From Octopus sinensis (lineage: Eukaryota): DNA of 64,000 nucleotides. The translations under genes were made by a program, and so were the position numbers. The notes under the pieces were generated by a model. It was not told the DNA's origin, ran no database searches, and saw only the letters and a program-made list of their open reading frames with translations. How positions within the stretch are numbered: the stretch's first letter is position 1; every line of letters begins with the position of its first letter. Below, in pieces: positions 1 to 13,171 of this stretch. The DNA lies in contig NC_043002.1 of NCBI RefSeq assembly GCF_006345805.1, positions 29,140,001-29,204,000 on the forward strand, written 5' to 3'.

Positions 1-281
1 ATAGATAGATAGATAGATAGATATATAGATAGGAAGATATAGAAAGAGAGAGAGAGAGGGGGGGAGAGAGAGAGCATAGAGATATGATTAGTTCAAATTT
101 CATATTAAACAGTGTAACGTAATGTAGTTTCAAATGTGTGTGTATATGTGTGATTTTGTGTGTATACACATATGCTCCGAGCCTGTAGACAACTATATCT
201 ATAGCCGTAAGGGCATGAATTGTTGATTGTCGAGTAACAACTCAAAACGATTTTCTTCTTCGTGGAATAATGAGATTTTAG

Positions 282-377
282 AAATATCCCTAAATATACA
301 CAAGAACTAAATGTCGGAGATATTACCGAAACTTGGGATTCTGCAGAGCTAATAGAATTAGGTTCGAATAAAGATCC
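282..377 (+). CDS. Candidate internal exon (phase 2-2), NIPKYTQELNVGDITETWDSAELIELGSNKDP; alternatively a decayed hAT transposase fragment
   Basis: ttttag| acceptor, cc|gtgagt donor, 96-nt open frame, phase compatible with 1316-1406. However, downstream frames read like a decayed hAT C-terminus (…KMKSFLKWDATTLDSLMM), so the call is ambiguous. Confidence 0.3.
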
Positions 378-988
378 GTGAGTGGATACTTTAAAATCTG
401 ATAGGAAAATCTGGATCAAATAATGTAAGGCGTATTTGGTGTATATACCAGCAATTTAGCAAGATAATGGACAAAATGAAATCTTTCTTGAAATGGGATG
501 CAACAACATTAGATAGTTTGATGATGTGAAGTGTGCGAGAGCAGTGCTTAGCCAAATTTGAGAGCCACTTTAGATAAGAACTGAAATCCAAGAGAAGTGA
601 GATTCAGAGTGGTAAACATCATAAAGTTTAGTTATTTTTTTATACTTTGAAAATTTACAAATGATGCTTGGGTATTTGGTATTGTAACACAAATTACTTG
701 ACAAGGGACAAGGAACAAAATTGTAAATCGGTATGATTGCAACTGAAATCTGTGATTTATATAATCCAGCAAACCATTGCTTTCACGGTTTCGTCAACCT
801 CACAATGCTGGACTATAGATTTGTTGAACAACAGTACTTATTCAGGAAAGAATTTTTGCAAATTTCTTTTATTCTGAAATTACATTCTTCCGTTCTGAAA
901 TAAAGTAATTTCAGTTTGGTTTATTTAACTATTTAAAAGATATGTGAGTACCAGGTGTTTACTAATATTCATAAATTACACACACTCA

Positions 989-1028
<40 letters not shown>

Positions 1029-1315
1029 CACAGGCTCGCTCATATATTTACATAGTGAGTGACGCATTGATATAATAACAATATAACCGTTATTCAACGT
1101 TATTCAATAGTGACTGGTGTGTTTCTTTCACATTTCGTTTGTGTAATATAATCGTTAACTTAACTTTAATTATCTCAAGAACTAATTTGTGTTCAATAAA
1201 TGGGAAAGAGATCAACAGATATCTCAATTAGACAGTGTTACGGGGGTTATCTTTTATTTTATTGTAATTATTTCGCCGTTACTAATAAGGGCTTTTTTTA
1301 AAGTTTTACTTCCAG

Positions 1316-1406
1316 GGAAAGAACGGATTTGCTTGAAGTCGACATACCCACTCCTCGCCCCCTTCATAACACCCCTCAGAGAACTTCATCCCCAAATAGT
1401 TGTTAA
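1316..1406 (+). CDS. Candidate terminal coding exon, ERTDLLEVDIPTPRPLHNTPQRTSSPNSC*
   Basis: ttttacttccag|G acceptor, phase 2, open to TAA at 1404-1406; locally GC-richer than flanks. No homology recognised. Confidence 0.35.
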
Positions 1407-1459
1407 TCCTCACCTACTTACTATTTCTTTTCATCACGCCCCCTACAATCTCTATCTAT

Positions 1460-1565
1460 CATCTTTCTTTCTTTCTTTCCTTCTTTCTTTCCTTCTTTCC
1501 TTCCTTCTTTCTTTCTTTCATTCCTTCTTTCTTTCCTTCATTCCTTCCTTTTTTCCTTCTTTCTT
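1460..1565. repeat. (CTTT)n/(CCTT)n polypyrimidine microsatellite
   Basis: Direct reading; explains the low-complexity ORFs at 1189-1591. Confidence 0.95.
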
Positions 1566-3148
1566 ATAAAAAAATGAGATCCGAAGCGTAATGATACTGT
1601 GTATTTCCATTGAAACGTTCAGCTTTTATCTTATCTTTGAAGATTTCTTCTTCTTGCATTGTTCTTTTTATTGTTCAGTATATTTACACTATATATATTG
1701 GAAAAATAAGATAAGTAGAATGCATGTGTGAGAAATATGTCTTTTATTATTCAAGAGAAGAAACTACGAGAAGTTGGATAGATTTGAAAAATAACAAACT
1801 TCTTTAATTGCTTCAGCCCTAAATTAACAGCAAGCAATTATGTAAAATGGACTATAATTGTTAAGGAAGTTGTCCAATCGATATGGACCCCAATGCGCAG
1901 TTGGTGCTTTCATTCTTTCAGTGTCGAAGAAATGAAAAGCAAAACTTATCTCGAAATAGTAAGAATGCAAAGAGATTAAAAGAATTTGAACAAAGAATGT
2001 TTAAGTTAACCTTAATGTGTCTAGAGTCATAACGTACAGACGAGTCAAAAGAAGGATGAAATAGTTCTGTATATGGCTACCAACACCTGAAAGCTTTAAG
2101 AACTTTGTTTAATTTTATATAAAAATTAAGCATTAAAATATATTTAAGTTAAAAATTAAATGAGGTTCTTCGTCTTTCTTTAACCGAGAAGTGATCCTAT
2201 ACGCTTTAACGGCAAATCACCATCAGAGGCAAACCGCGCGTTTGAATAGCTCTGTGGTTTTACGAAGTTTACCCACGAATATTGTTGGTAAGAGCCGCAG
2301 TAATATGAACACGTGGAATACTAATTCTAACTCATATGAAATAGCAGCCGACAAAAATATACCAAAGCAGGCTAGCGAAACTTGTTTGTGGCAAAAACAT
2401 TAACTGTGGCTGCGCAAAGAACATTTTTCATGGCACAATTTCCCTGGAAATATATGATTTTCATATAAGATCTAAGCATTTTTCCGATTTAAGATGAAGA
2501 AAAATAAAGTTGAAATAGGTCTTTAAACTAAGAACTATTTTCTATCTTCTCTCTTTTTTAAAGACATTTCGTAGATTGTTGCATTTAGCTTAATAAATTT
2601 GTGTCTCGAATTATGACCTGCTGACGATCTCATAAGGGAAGAAATAGTACTATACACAGCTATAAACAACAAACAAAATATTCTACTTAATGTAAGGAAA
2701 AAAGAAGTTTTAAAACTTTTAAGTAAAAATTACACATGGAAATTCTTGAAATCTCTCCTTTTTAGAGGTAAATCATATCCAGAGGCAAAATTCACGAGTT
2801 AAAAATTTAAATATATTTTCCTAATAATATAACTAGATATATATAGCACGAAAAGATGTTCCCCACAAGAAGATGTTCTCCAACAAGAAGCCTTTTCTAA
2901 AAGACATTTAGCAATTATAACTATTACTTCTGCAGATATTGCTGTTCTAGGACAAAAGTGTCAAAAGCAGAACTTCGGTGATAAATGACCTACAGATATA
3001 TTTATATAAACATAGAATGGAAATAAGGAAGCATCTGGTGTGCTCTGCTACGAATAACTACGAACGTATTTTAAGTGTATACATAATGTTCGCAGACAGA
3101 TACTTCCATGTTTACATTAAGGTCTGTCTATGTATGTATGTATGCAGG

Positions 3149-3179
<31 letters not shown>

Positions 3180-3357
3180 GTGTGTGTATGTGTGTGTGTA
3201 TATATATATATGTATATATATATGTGTGTGTGTGTGAATATATATATAGAGAGAAGCATGTATATATGAATGTATAAGTATACACGCACACATACATACA
3301 TATTTATGTGTGTGTATATATATATACTGTATATATATATGTATATATATATATACA

Positions 3358-3399
<42 letters not shown>

Positions 3400-3482
3400 T
3401 TATATATATTTTATATTTATATATACATATATATATATGTGTGTGTGAGGGAAAGAGGTGCCTGTGTGTGTGTGTGGTGCGT

Positions 3483-3630
3483 ATTCTTTTACTCATTTAT
3501 TTGTTTCAGTCAATTGACTGCGGCCATACTGGAGCAACGCCTTTAGTCGAACAAATCGACACCAGAAGTTATTCTTTGTAAGCCTTTTACTTATTGTAGC
3601 GGTCTCACCAGCATCTGTTGTGAAACACAG

Positions 3631-3663
<33 letters not shown>

Positions 3664-3898
3664 CACGCACACACACAGACGCACACACACACACAAACAC
3701 ACACACACGCACACACACACACTAAATGTATATACGACAGGCTACTTTCAGTTTCCGTCTACCAAATCCACTCACAAGGCTTTGGTCGGCCAAAGGCTAT
3801 AGTAGAAGACAATTGCCCAAGGTACCACGCAGTGGGAATGAACCCGGAAGCATGTGGTTGGTAAGCAAGCTATTCACCACACAGCCACGCCTGCGCCT
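3483..3898 (-). mobile_element. tRNA-derived CORE-type SINE (octopus OR2-like) with internal (CA)n
   Basis: Minus strand reads gtggctgtgtggt…gggttcattcccactgcgtggtaccttgggcaattgtcttctactatagcc…gtggatttggtagacggaaactgaaag…gcagtcaattgactgaaac; the same family recurs many times in the window. Confidence 0.85.
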
Positions 3899-4138
3899 CT
3901 ATATATACATACATACATACATACATACATACATACATACATACATACATACATACATACATGCATACATACATACATATATATATATATATTATATATA
4001 TATATATAATTAATTAATAAGGGTGAGAGAATTAGATACTAATTTAATAGTATATCTATTCAACACCAAGTGGCCTAGTGCTCCGAGAAACCTGGATTAT
4101 TATATATTTTATAATATATTACAACTTTTTTACAAAAT

Positions 4139-4342
4139 AAATATAAGAGAGTGGTCACTATATGGCTCACTCTAGCACCAGTTAATCCAAAAGGTTTCAA
4201 CCACAAAAATACATGTTTCCCATGAAAGTCAGTACGATTAACAATCGTACTGACTTTCATGGGAAACATGTATTTTTGTGGTTGAAACCTTTTGGATTAA
4301 CTGGTGCTAGAGTGAGCCATTAGTGACCACTCTCTTATATTT
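4139..4342. repeat. Near-perfect inverted repeat (about 100-bp arms, 3-nt loop), probably a Penelope-like element terminus
   Basis: 4139-4239 is the reverse complement of 4243-4342 apart from one 1-nt indel; loop AAC at 4240-4242. Confidence 0.95.
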
Positions 4343-4345
4343 TTT

Positions 4346-4390
<45 letters not shown>

Positions 4391-4444
4391 CAAGTACATA
4401 TGTACACATATTACGTAGAGAAGCAAATTTACGTATAAGCATTC

Positions 4445-4620
4445 TTTCCTTTTTATCAGTAAACCGCACGGATGCTGGAGCAGCTTTGAAGGGCTTTTGT
4501 CGACCAAATCTATTCCAGTGCTTTCTAAAGACTAGGAATTAACTATCACACATTTTTTTGTCCAAACCGCTAAGTTATGGTGAGTTAATGAAACCAACAC
4601 CGATTGTGAATCGTTGGCGT
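4445..4620 (-). mobile_element. Degenerate 3' half of OR2-like SINE
   Basis: gatgctggagcagc…gtcgaccaaatc…aaaccgctaagttatgg…caacaccgattgt resembles the family tail. Confidence 0.6.
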
Positions 4621-5644
4621 TTGTACAAGATTAAAATAAAGACACGCTCACGTATATATACATGTATATATGTCCATATATGCACAGATGTATTTATATA
4701 TATATATATATATAAATAAATAAATATGAATGTGTATTAATATACGTATAACCACACACACATACGTATATGCATACACACACACACACATACACATATA
4801 TATACACTCACAAAAGCACGCGTGCACACACATACACACGCATATATACATATGTAGCTCTTCTTAGCCAAGCATATATTATATGTTTGAGCTTGTGCGC
4901 ATATTTCCACTCGTTTACTCACTTATTCACTTTAACAGTACTCAACAACCGTTTCTCTCTCAATCTATCCTCTTATTTTTCAGGTCTCTCTTATGTTTAT
5001 TCTTCTATAAATTTTGTGATATATATATCAATATAATCTTTAATTATTTTAACCATCACAGCAAAGTTGTTTAACTGTAGTAATTTTATTTTTATGTGGG
5101 TATGTACGTGTCCGTGCTTCTGTATATGATTATGCAAGCATATTTATATTTGTATGCAGGGATAAGAAACTAAGATGTTCGATATGTAGCATTGCGGTGA
5201 TGAGACTGACCCTCCTTCGTTGCAAATTAGGGAAGACCATATAACATAGTCTCGTGTCCACCTTTGGTTTTTGAGTGAATAGGTGTAGACGGATATCTTA
5301 CAAAAACTCGTCGGCTGAAATGTACTCTTCATATAAATGCTTCGCTAGTCACATTTATTCTACCAGAGAATTTTGTTGACGGCATACATTCCGTCGGAAT
5401 GCTCATAACACATTGATCGGTAGCATAATTCTTGGAGAATGTTTGTATTTTCCATTTAATCTGCAGAGATATATCATTTCAATATATTTCAATAGTTAAG
5501 TTTCTACTTTCATATCTGTATCCTCAACTAATATCTTCGTCGATAGACCATAATTTAAGTCGATTGATGGGTAATCTGAGCTTCATTTACATTATTTACA
5601 TTATTGACATTCGACGGATATTTGTCCTCTTCTTGTTTGTTGTT

Positions 5645-5690
5645 AACACAACGTTTCGGCTGATATACCCTCCAGCCTTCTTCAGGTGTC
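5645..5690 (-). ncRNA. Minimal type I hammerhead ribozyme of the Penelope-like kind
   Basis: Minus strand GACAC-CUGAAGA-A-GGCUG(gaggguauau)CAGCC-GAAA-CG-UU^-GUGUU: intact core, 5-bp helix II, helix I GACAC/GUGUU, palindromic minimal helix III (AACGUU). Confidence 0.75.
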
Positions 5691-5693
5691 TTG

Positions 5694-5737
5694 GGGGAAT
5701 TTCGAACCTGGGTTCTCCTCTCTAAGGTATTTTTCGA

Positions 5738-5768
<31 letters not shown>

Positions 5769-6002
5769 TATATTATTATTATTATTATTATTATTGTTAT
5801 TGTTATTGTTATTGTTCAGGTCACTGCTTGGAATCGCCATATACCCGTGGGCATATGATGTAGTGGCTAAGAGCGCGGGTTACTAACCCCAAGATTCCGA
5901 GTTCGATTCCAAGTAGTGACCTGAACAATAACAACAACAACAACAACAACAACAACATCGAAAAATAACCTAGGAAAGGGAACCCAGGTTCGAAATTTCC
6001 CC
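5694..6002. mobile_element. Inverted repeat (5694-5836 / 5904-6002) enclosing a tRNA-like head; non-autonomous PLE/SINE-like element
   Basis: Arms are reverse complements, differing mainly in the length of the (AAT/AAC)n tract. The spacer and the start of the right arm hold A-box (tgatgtagtgg) and B-box (gagttcgattcc) like motifs. Confidence 0.8.
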
Positions 6003-6034
6003 ATGACATAAATACGACGTCTTATATCTATATA

Positions 6035-6275
6035 TTTGTGTCCGTCTATGTGCGTCTTTGTGTCTGTGTTTGTAGTCCCTCTCCGCCACCCCTTGAAACT
6101 GGTTTTGCTTGGTTTCCATCCACATAAACTTAGCATTCAACACATGTGACCGATAGAATAGTATCAGACCTAAAAAAAAAAAAAAGAAAAGAGTTAGTAC
6201 CGGTGTTGAATTTTTTGACAAAATTCATTGAAGACTTTGCCGAGGCACGGCCGCATTTCAGTAACTGAAACAATT
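6035..6275 (+). mobile_element. Degenerate 3' half of OR2-like SINE
   Basis: tgtgtctgtgtttgt…aacttagc…gaccgatagaata…gcacggccgcatttcagtaactgaaac. Confidence 0.6.
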
Positions 6276-7244
6276 AAACCACAAAAGGTAAATGTGTGTA
6301 ATTAGAGTTACAACGTCAGTGTGTCGCTCTGATTTTTAAGACTACATTCTCTGTGATACATTCTCTGGGATCTTCTGGTTATTGCTTATAGTACAGACTA
6401 GCTTGCCAGCTCGTAAATTATTTCGTGCAGAATGTCAAGAAGGGTAGTTTGGTGGCAGGCATTGAGATGTTGGATGCATGGATTTGCCATGTAGGTTAGA
6501 CATACATCATATGGGAAGTTAGGTTGATAAGACTCAGCAACTATGATGTGTAGTAGTTGCTAAGAGGTGGGGGAAGTCTTTATAAAGCTTATTAATTATT
6601 ACTCAACCTGACGCCTGTAAAAAAGAGAAGAATCGCGAGTTGCGAGCAGTAAATCATGTCCACATATTATATATGTGTGTGTGTGTTGTGTGTCTGCTGT
6701 GTGTATGTTTATATATGTATAGGTGTGTGTTTGTATGCAATTATTGCTTGACGAAACTATAAAAATATAGAAGCCATACGTTCTCACATACACTCGTACA
6801 CAACACACACACACACAAACACACACACACACTCGTCGACACGTATTCTGTACTTCTGTAGATTGTCAGCTAATAAAAAAATATATCGCTTTTGTGCATG
6901 TTTAAGGGATATATGCGTACATATTAATGCGTGTATATATATATACATTTGTATATGTGCGAATTTATTTATATGCATGTAGATATACATTTATATACAC
7001 ACACACACAGATACATGATATATATATGTGTTTGTGTGTATGAATAAGTATATGAATATGTATGTGCGTAAGTATATATGCACATCTACTTATAAGTGTA
7101 TAAATATATGTATATATATGCAAATATATGTATATATATGTGTATCTATATATATATACATATATATGCATAATATATATATATATATATATATTCATAA
7201 ATACATACGTATACACATGCACGCACACACACGCACGCACAAAC

Positions 7245-7327
<83 letters not shown>

Positions 7328-7839
7328 CATGTCAGATTGCCCGTGTCTAGAATTGTTTCCTTTTTTCTCTTTTTTAAAGATTGCCAATTAATATTCTGTT
7401 TGATCAAAAGAACTTATCGCAAAGAAACTTCCATCATAATTCACATGCCAAATCTTACCTGAATTATGGTTTTCAATCTGAAACAACATGACTTTCACTT
7501 TGATTAGGTTCCTCGCCCAAGCCATCCATATATAATCCACAACTCACAATATCAGGACTTGTTCTGAAACACCCTCCCAGACACCTCAATCTCTCAGCAT
7601 CGAAGCAGGAAGTCTTCTGATTTTTACTTTACATACCTCTCTCACAGAAATCTGTTATAAGAATGTGTGTGTGCATATGCTTATATATATATATATATGT
7701 GTGTGTGTGTGGATGGGTGTGTATGCATTTATGTATGTATATGAGTGAATTGCTCATCGTCAGTTCCTAGGGCTAAATGGCGGTGGTGTAATTCCCTTAC
7801 GGGACTGTCACATTGAGTTGACAGTATACGACCACTATA

Positions 7840-7897
<58 letters not shown>

Positions 7898-7941
7898 AAT
7901 ATGTATGTATATATGTATTTATATATATATATATATATAAT

Positions 7942-7972
<31 letters not shown>

Positions 7973-7977
7973 GTATA

Positions 7978-8186
7978 AGGTGGTAGAAACGTTAGCACAC
8001 CAAGCGAGATACTTCATGGTATTTCGTCTGTTTTTACGTTCCGGATTCAAATTCTGCCGAGGTCGACTTTGTCTTTCATCCTTTCGAGGTCGATAAATTA
8101 AGTCCCACTTTCCGCTCTGGGGTCGATCTAATCGACTGTTTCCCTCCCCCAAATTTCTTGCCTTGTGCCTAGAGTAGAAAAGAATA
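7978..8186 (+). mobile_element. tRNA-derived SINE with conserved central ctttcatcctttcgaggtcgataaattaagt domain (V/Meta-like; family name not verified)
   Basis: Matches copies at 10988, 15610, 24933, 30568, 39742 and 40132. Confidence 0.8.
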
Positions 8187-9075
8187 TGCATGCATATACA
8201 TAAATACATACACAAACAGAAACGTACATATGCGCATGCGTGAATATCGACACAGTAAGATTCATGGATATATAGGTATCTCCATTAGTGGTTATGTAAA
8301 TATTTTTACATGTGTATTAATATTTTTATGTACATAGAAATACATATATACAATCCTATATGCATGCATGCTTGATGACTACAACTTGATTTGAAGTAAT
8401 GTCATCGCTTGTTTGTTCTCTCAATCATGTGCATCACAGTCATGATTTTGCAGTCCTACATCATTTTGTATTGATAGGACAACGATGCGTGCTTCTTCCA
8501 GCAAATGTCCAGACAGTTACCACCTAAGCTGTCACTTATCTTCATTCCATCATACAACTTTCTTATGAGAGTTTTATCTTTCTTGTCAACGGGCTGCCAT
8601 TATATCTAACACATAGTGTAACATTATTGAGGTTTAAAGAAAAATTGGCGATGCCTTTTCCTGAAGCTCTTATAATCAAGTTAGCCCTTTGTTAATTCAA
8701 CTCTTCTAAAACCGCATGGGTTTGCTCCCAAAGAATAACTAGTCTACGTCGGTTGATTCAGAAGAAGTAGCAAGTGTTACATCAGAGTTTTCTTGCTACG
8801 GAGATGCTTGAGCAAAAACGGATCGTCAATTATAAAACTGGTAACGCTCTGTAGCCTGCTTAGCAAGGGGTTGGCTCAAGTTGAACAAGCTTCAGAATAA
8901 AAAACAAAACATGTCAAAGAGTAGGTGAATATATGTTAGTTACATGAGCAGAAAACTCTTGGTGTATGGGGTACTTTGTAACATTTCTTCTGGTTATGGC
9001 ATATATACATTTATTTTCTATGAGCTATATGTGTGTGCACGCGTACATTTGCATGCGTATGTATGTAGACACATA

Positions 9076-10366
9076 CGAGGGGCGTTCATAAGTAATGCCT
9101 CTGACCCACTTGCAGTTTTTTGATCTAGCTGAAATTTTGCATGTGTAATTATTTATATCTCTATAGTTTATGTGGCGAATTACAGCTCTGAAATGATTGT
9201 GGTTTCTGATTTACAGGTGTTTGAACCGAGTCAAGTGTGAAATGGAGCCTGTTGAGTGTCGAGCAATGATCCGGTTTTTGTATTTGAAAGGTTACACACC
9301 ACAGGAGACTTTTGCTGAAATGAAAGTAACTTATAATGATGACGCCCCATCATATGACCTTGTAAAAAGCTGGCATCGTGAATTCAAACATGGTCGGAAC
9401 TCTGTGGAAACAGCCCTCAGATCAGGTCGCCCCCCTTCTGCCATTGATGAGGCATCTGTCCGTCAAGTTGAGGCTGCCATTTTGGAAGATCGACGCATAA
9501 CTTTTCGCCAAATAGTCCATGAGGTCAAGATTAGTACCGGTTCTGTGGAAACTATCATTCATTACTATTTGCATATGCAAAAGGTGTCTGCCAGATGGAT
9601 TCCCAGGTTGCTCACACCTTTCCAGAAGCAATAACGCGTCGAGTGCTCGAGGATGAATTTGGAGATGTGCCAAGAAGCTGAGTAAAATTTTTCAAAAGTC
9701 TGATTACACACGATGAAACCTGGGTCCATCACTATGATCCAGAGACCAAACCCCAGTCAATGCAGTGGAAGTACCGTGACTCACCTCCTCCGAAGAAAGC
9801 AAGGGTGCAGCCCTCCGCTGGCAAGGTCATGCTCACATATTTCTGGGACCAGGACGGAGAAATGATGACAGATTTCCTGGCAAAGGGTACCACAATTACA
9901 GGAGCCTATTATGCTTCACTTTTGAGGAAATTAAGAGAAGCTATCAAAATCAAGAGGTGGGGCAAGATCAGCAAAAACATCCTCCTCCTGCAGGACAACG
10001 CTCCGGTCCACAACTCGCGTGTCGCCAGATCAGAAGCACAGGCGTGCGGCTATGAACCCCTCCCTCATCCCTCCTACTCTCCTGACCTTGCATCCTCTGA
10101 TTTTCACCTCTTCCCAGCCATGAAGTTGTTTTTGAAAGGAAAGCGTTTCCCAGATGATGCAGCCTTGATTTCTGAAGTCACGTCGTGGTTGGAGGACCAA
10201 GCTGGGGTCTTCTACAAAAACGGTCTCCAGAGCTGCATCAAACGATGGGATAAATGCGTAACTCTGGGTGGTTCCTATGTAGAAAAAGACTAATAACTGT
10301 GCCAAGTTTTGTTGCTCTACTGCTATGGAAAGTGGATCAGGGGCATTACTTATTGAACGCCCCTCG
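9076..10366 (+). mobile_element. Full-length mariner transposon (DD34D, irritans-like), 1,291 bp
   Basis: TIRs cgaggggcgttca(a)taagtaatgcc; TA target duplications at 9074-75 and 10367-68; transposase motifs ITHDETW, QDNAPVH and HPSYSPDLASSDFHLF with 34 residues between D2 and D3. Confidence 0.97.
9242..10293 (+). pseudogene. Mariner transposase pseudogene with two lesions
   Basis: ATG at 9242 (MEPVECRAMIRFL…), premature TAA at 9632-9634, 1-nt frameshift near 9684, natural stop at 10291-10293. Confidence 0.93.
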
Positions 10367-10490
10367 TACAAGTATGTGTGTGTGTATATATATATGTATA
10401 AACATATATTTTTGCATGCGTGCGTGTGTATGCATGTGTGTATATATGTATGTACGAATGTATATACTCTGCATGTGTATATGTATATGC

Positions 10491-10534
<44 letters not shown>

Positions 10535-10987
10535 TTACGATGGGCACTTTTGTCGAATTCGGCATATGATAGACCAAAAATCCAACAGGCACTGAACTGT
10601 AAAACTCTTAATCCAGATGATTTGCACATCATGCTGAAGGCCTATGTAAGAGTAGCTGCACGGTTTGGATACAAAAAGATGTCCTGTATGCCACGAATTT
10701 TCCGAACTCCAATCCTCAAATTTGATCGGCTTACGAGATTGCTAGTCGCACTTTAACGAGAGCTAACGGATACCTCATTCCCAGTGATTTGGTTTCGTGT
10801 TGAAATTTCTGAGTCAACGCTGAAAATATTCCACTCACTGCGATTGTCTCTGCGATTAACAGATTGTTGAAAATTGAAAACCAACTCATGATATTGCAAT
10901 ACCAACAAAATGTTTCTGTCAATCCAAATGTTTGGAAAACAACAACACAATATACAGGTATGGATGTTGTATGAAAAGGACTTCACT

Positions 10988-11203
10988 TATTCTTTTCTAC
11001 TCTTGGCACAAGGCCTGAAATTTCTGGGAGGGGTCAGTCGATTAGATCGACTCCAGTACGAAACTGCTACTTAATTTATCGACTCCGAAAGGATGAAAGG
11101 CAAAGTCGAAATCGGCGGAAATTGGACTCAGAACATAAACACAGACGAAGTACTGCTGAGCATTTCGCCCGGTGTGCTAACGTTTCTGGCATCTCGCGGC
11201 CGA
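10988..11203 (-). mobile_element. tRNA-derived SINE (V/Meta-like domain family)
   Basis: atttatcgactccgaaaggatgaaaggcaaagtcga…cagacgaagtactgctgagcatttcgcccggtgtgctaacg. Confidence 0.85.
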
Positions 11204-11289
11204 GCGGACACCACTTATTGAAAAGAGCATGATACAGTTGACGTTCACATCGCTTGGCAAATTTTAAACATGGTCTCTATGTATATAGT

Positions 11290-11344
<55 letters not shown>

Positions 11345-12370
11345 GTGTGAATCTTTCTTTATATGTGTGTATGTGTGTGCAATATACATATATATACATA
11401 TACACACACATATATGCATACATACATACATGCATACAAACGTACCTACGTGTGAATGTGTAAAATATACATACGTGTACATATTTACGCTACCCTGATA
11501 TATATCTGTGTGTGTTTGTGTGTGTGTGTGTGTGTTGTACACACACAAATGTGGTATACATGAAGGTATATGGATATAGCTTTATTTCTAAATATGTATA
11601 GTTGACCATACATACATATTTACACTACATACATACAGACAAACAGACAGGCTGATAGACAGACAAACAAACATACGTTCGTGCATAAATACAGCTTATT
11701 CACTTGATCGAAGAATGGCATTCGCATCATCGAAAAAATATTAAAGAAAATATAAATTTCCATAAAAGAACCATAAATTCTGCACACCATTCTGCCATGT
11801 TAATAATGTAAAATAAAAGTTAATCTTTTAGAAAATTATCGATTATCATTTACATATTTTAATCATATATATATAAATATCTATATATCACTTAATTCAT
11901 ACCAATTAATCACTATCAAACCTTATGTACTAAATTAACGATAATATGTGTGTATGTGTGAGTATACATAAACAAATACAAGCCCGGACACATATATATT
12001 AGAAATCATAAGCGGAAACCATATCTTCTATGGATGGCATCTTGTGTTAATTTCATTTACCATTTGTTTCAGAGCAGCACATTGAAGTAAAGTAAAGATC
12101 TTATAGAAGAACGTCAGTTGGGTAGTATCTGCAAATAAAATTCAAGTGTCTTGTAACACAGAATCACGATAATTCTGTTCGACATTTGCTCAAACTGTAA
12201 AGCGGTCTCCCACGAACACGTAATTTTGTCACCGGGTAATTCTGTTGATCGGAGAACTGAATTCTCATCGTGAAAAGACGGAGGTCCACCAGAACCACAC
12301 GTATATATCCATATACATGTATCTGTATGCAAATATGTGTATTTACATGAATATAATATATATTATATAT

Positions 12371-12415
<45 letters not shown>

Positions 12416-12698
12416 ATTATATATAGATATATATAATATATACGGATGTATATAGATATATGTATATGTATATGTATATGTATTTATGCATATATATATA
12501 TGCATATATATGTCCATAAGTATTATATGTTCTCTCCCGATCTATCCATTTGTATCTATACACAAGAATAAATACATACACACACAAACACACACATTTA
12601 TCACTATAAATATATGTGTACATTCACACCCTCACACACATACACACACACACATACACACACCCACACGCACAACACACACACACACACACACACAC

Positions 12699-12744
<46 letters not shown>

Positions 12745-13107
12745 TACATATATATGACTATATTGCTACGTATGATACCAACATAAAATATATCAAACAG
12801 TCACGGGTTCTTTCAAGATGAAAACCATAGGAGTTGTTTAGCATGTGAATATTACACGGTGAACGATGACCGTCATATATATATATGACTTGTTACGTCT
12901 GTAGTGACTAATAACCAATCTGAAACATGGCAGATGTGATTGATAAATGGCCGAATATACGGCCATTCGTAATTATATATTTGTGTGCATGTGTCAACTT
13001 CTATATATCGGTGCGTGCCGAATATTAGTGAGAATATAAATGAAAAGCCATACGTATATTATATATATATACGTATGGCTTTTCATATATTATATTTATA
13101 TATATAT

Positions 13108-13171
<64 letters not shown>

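Noticed and set aside
4243-4275. Hammerhead in the long hairpin (ctgactttcatgggaaacatgta)
   Set aside because: Lacks the CUGANGA core and helix I pairing.
5849-5920. tRNA gene
   Set aside because: No good acceptor stem and an odd anticodon loop; it is a SINE-like head. The same applies to the heads at 17197 and 51790-51853.
10525-10980. Complex sequence after the mariner
   Set aside because: No recognisable motif, TIR pair or splice-bounded open frame.
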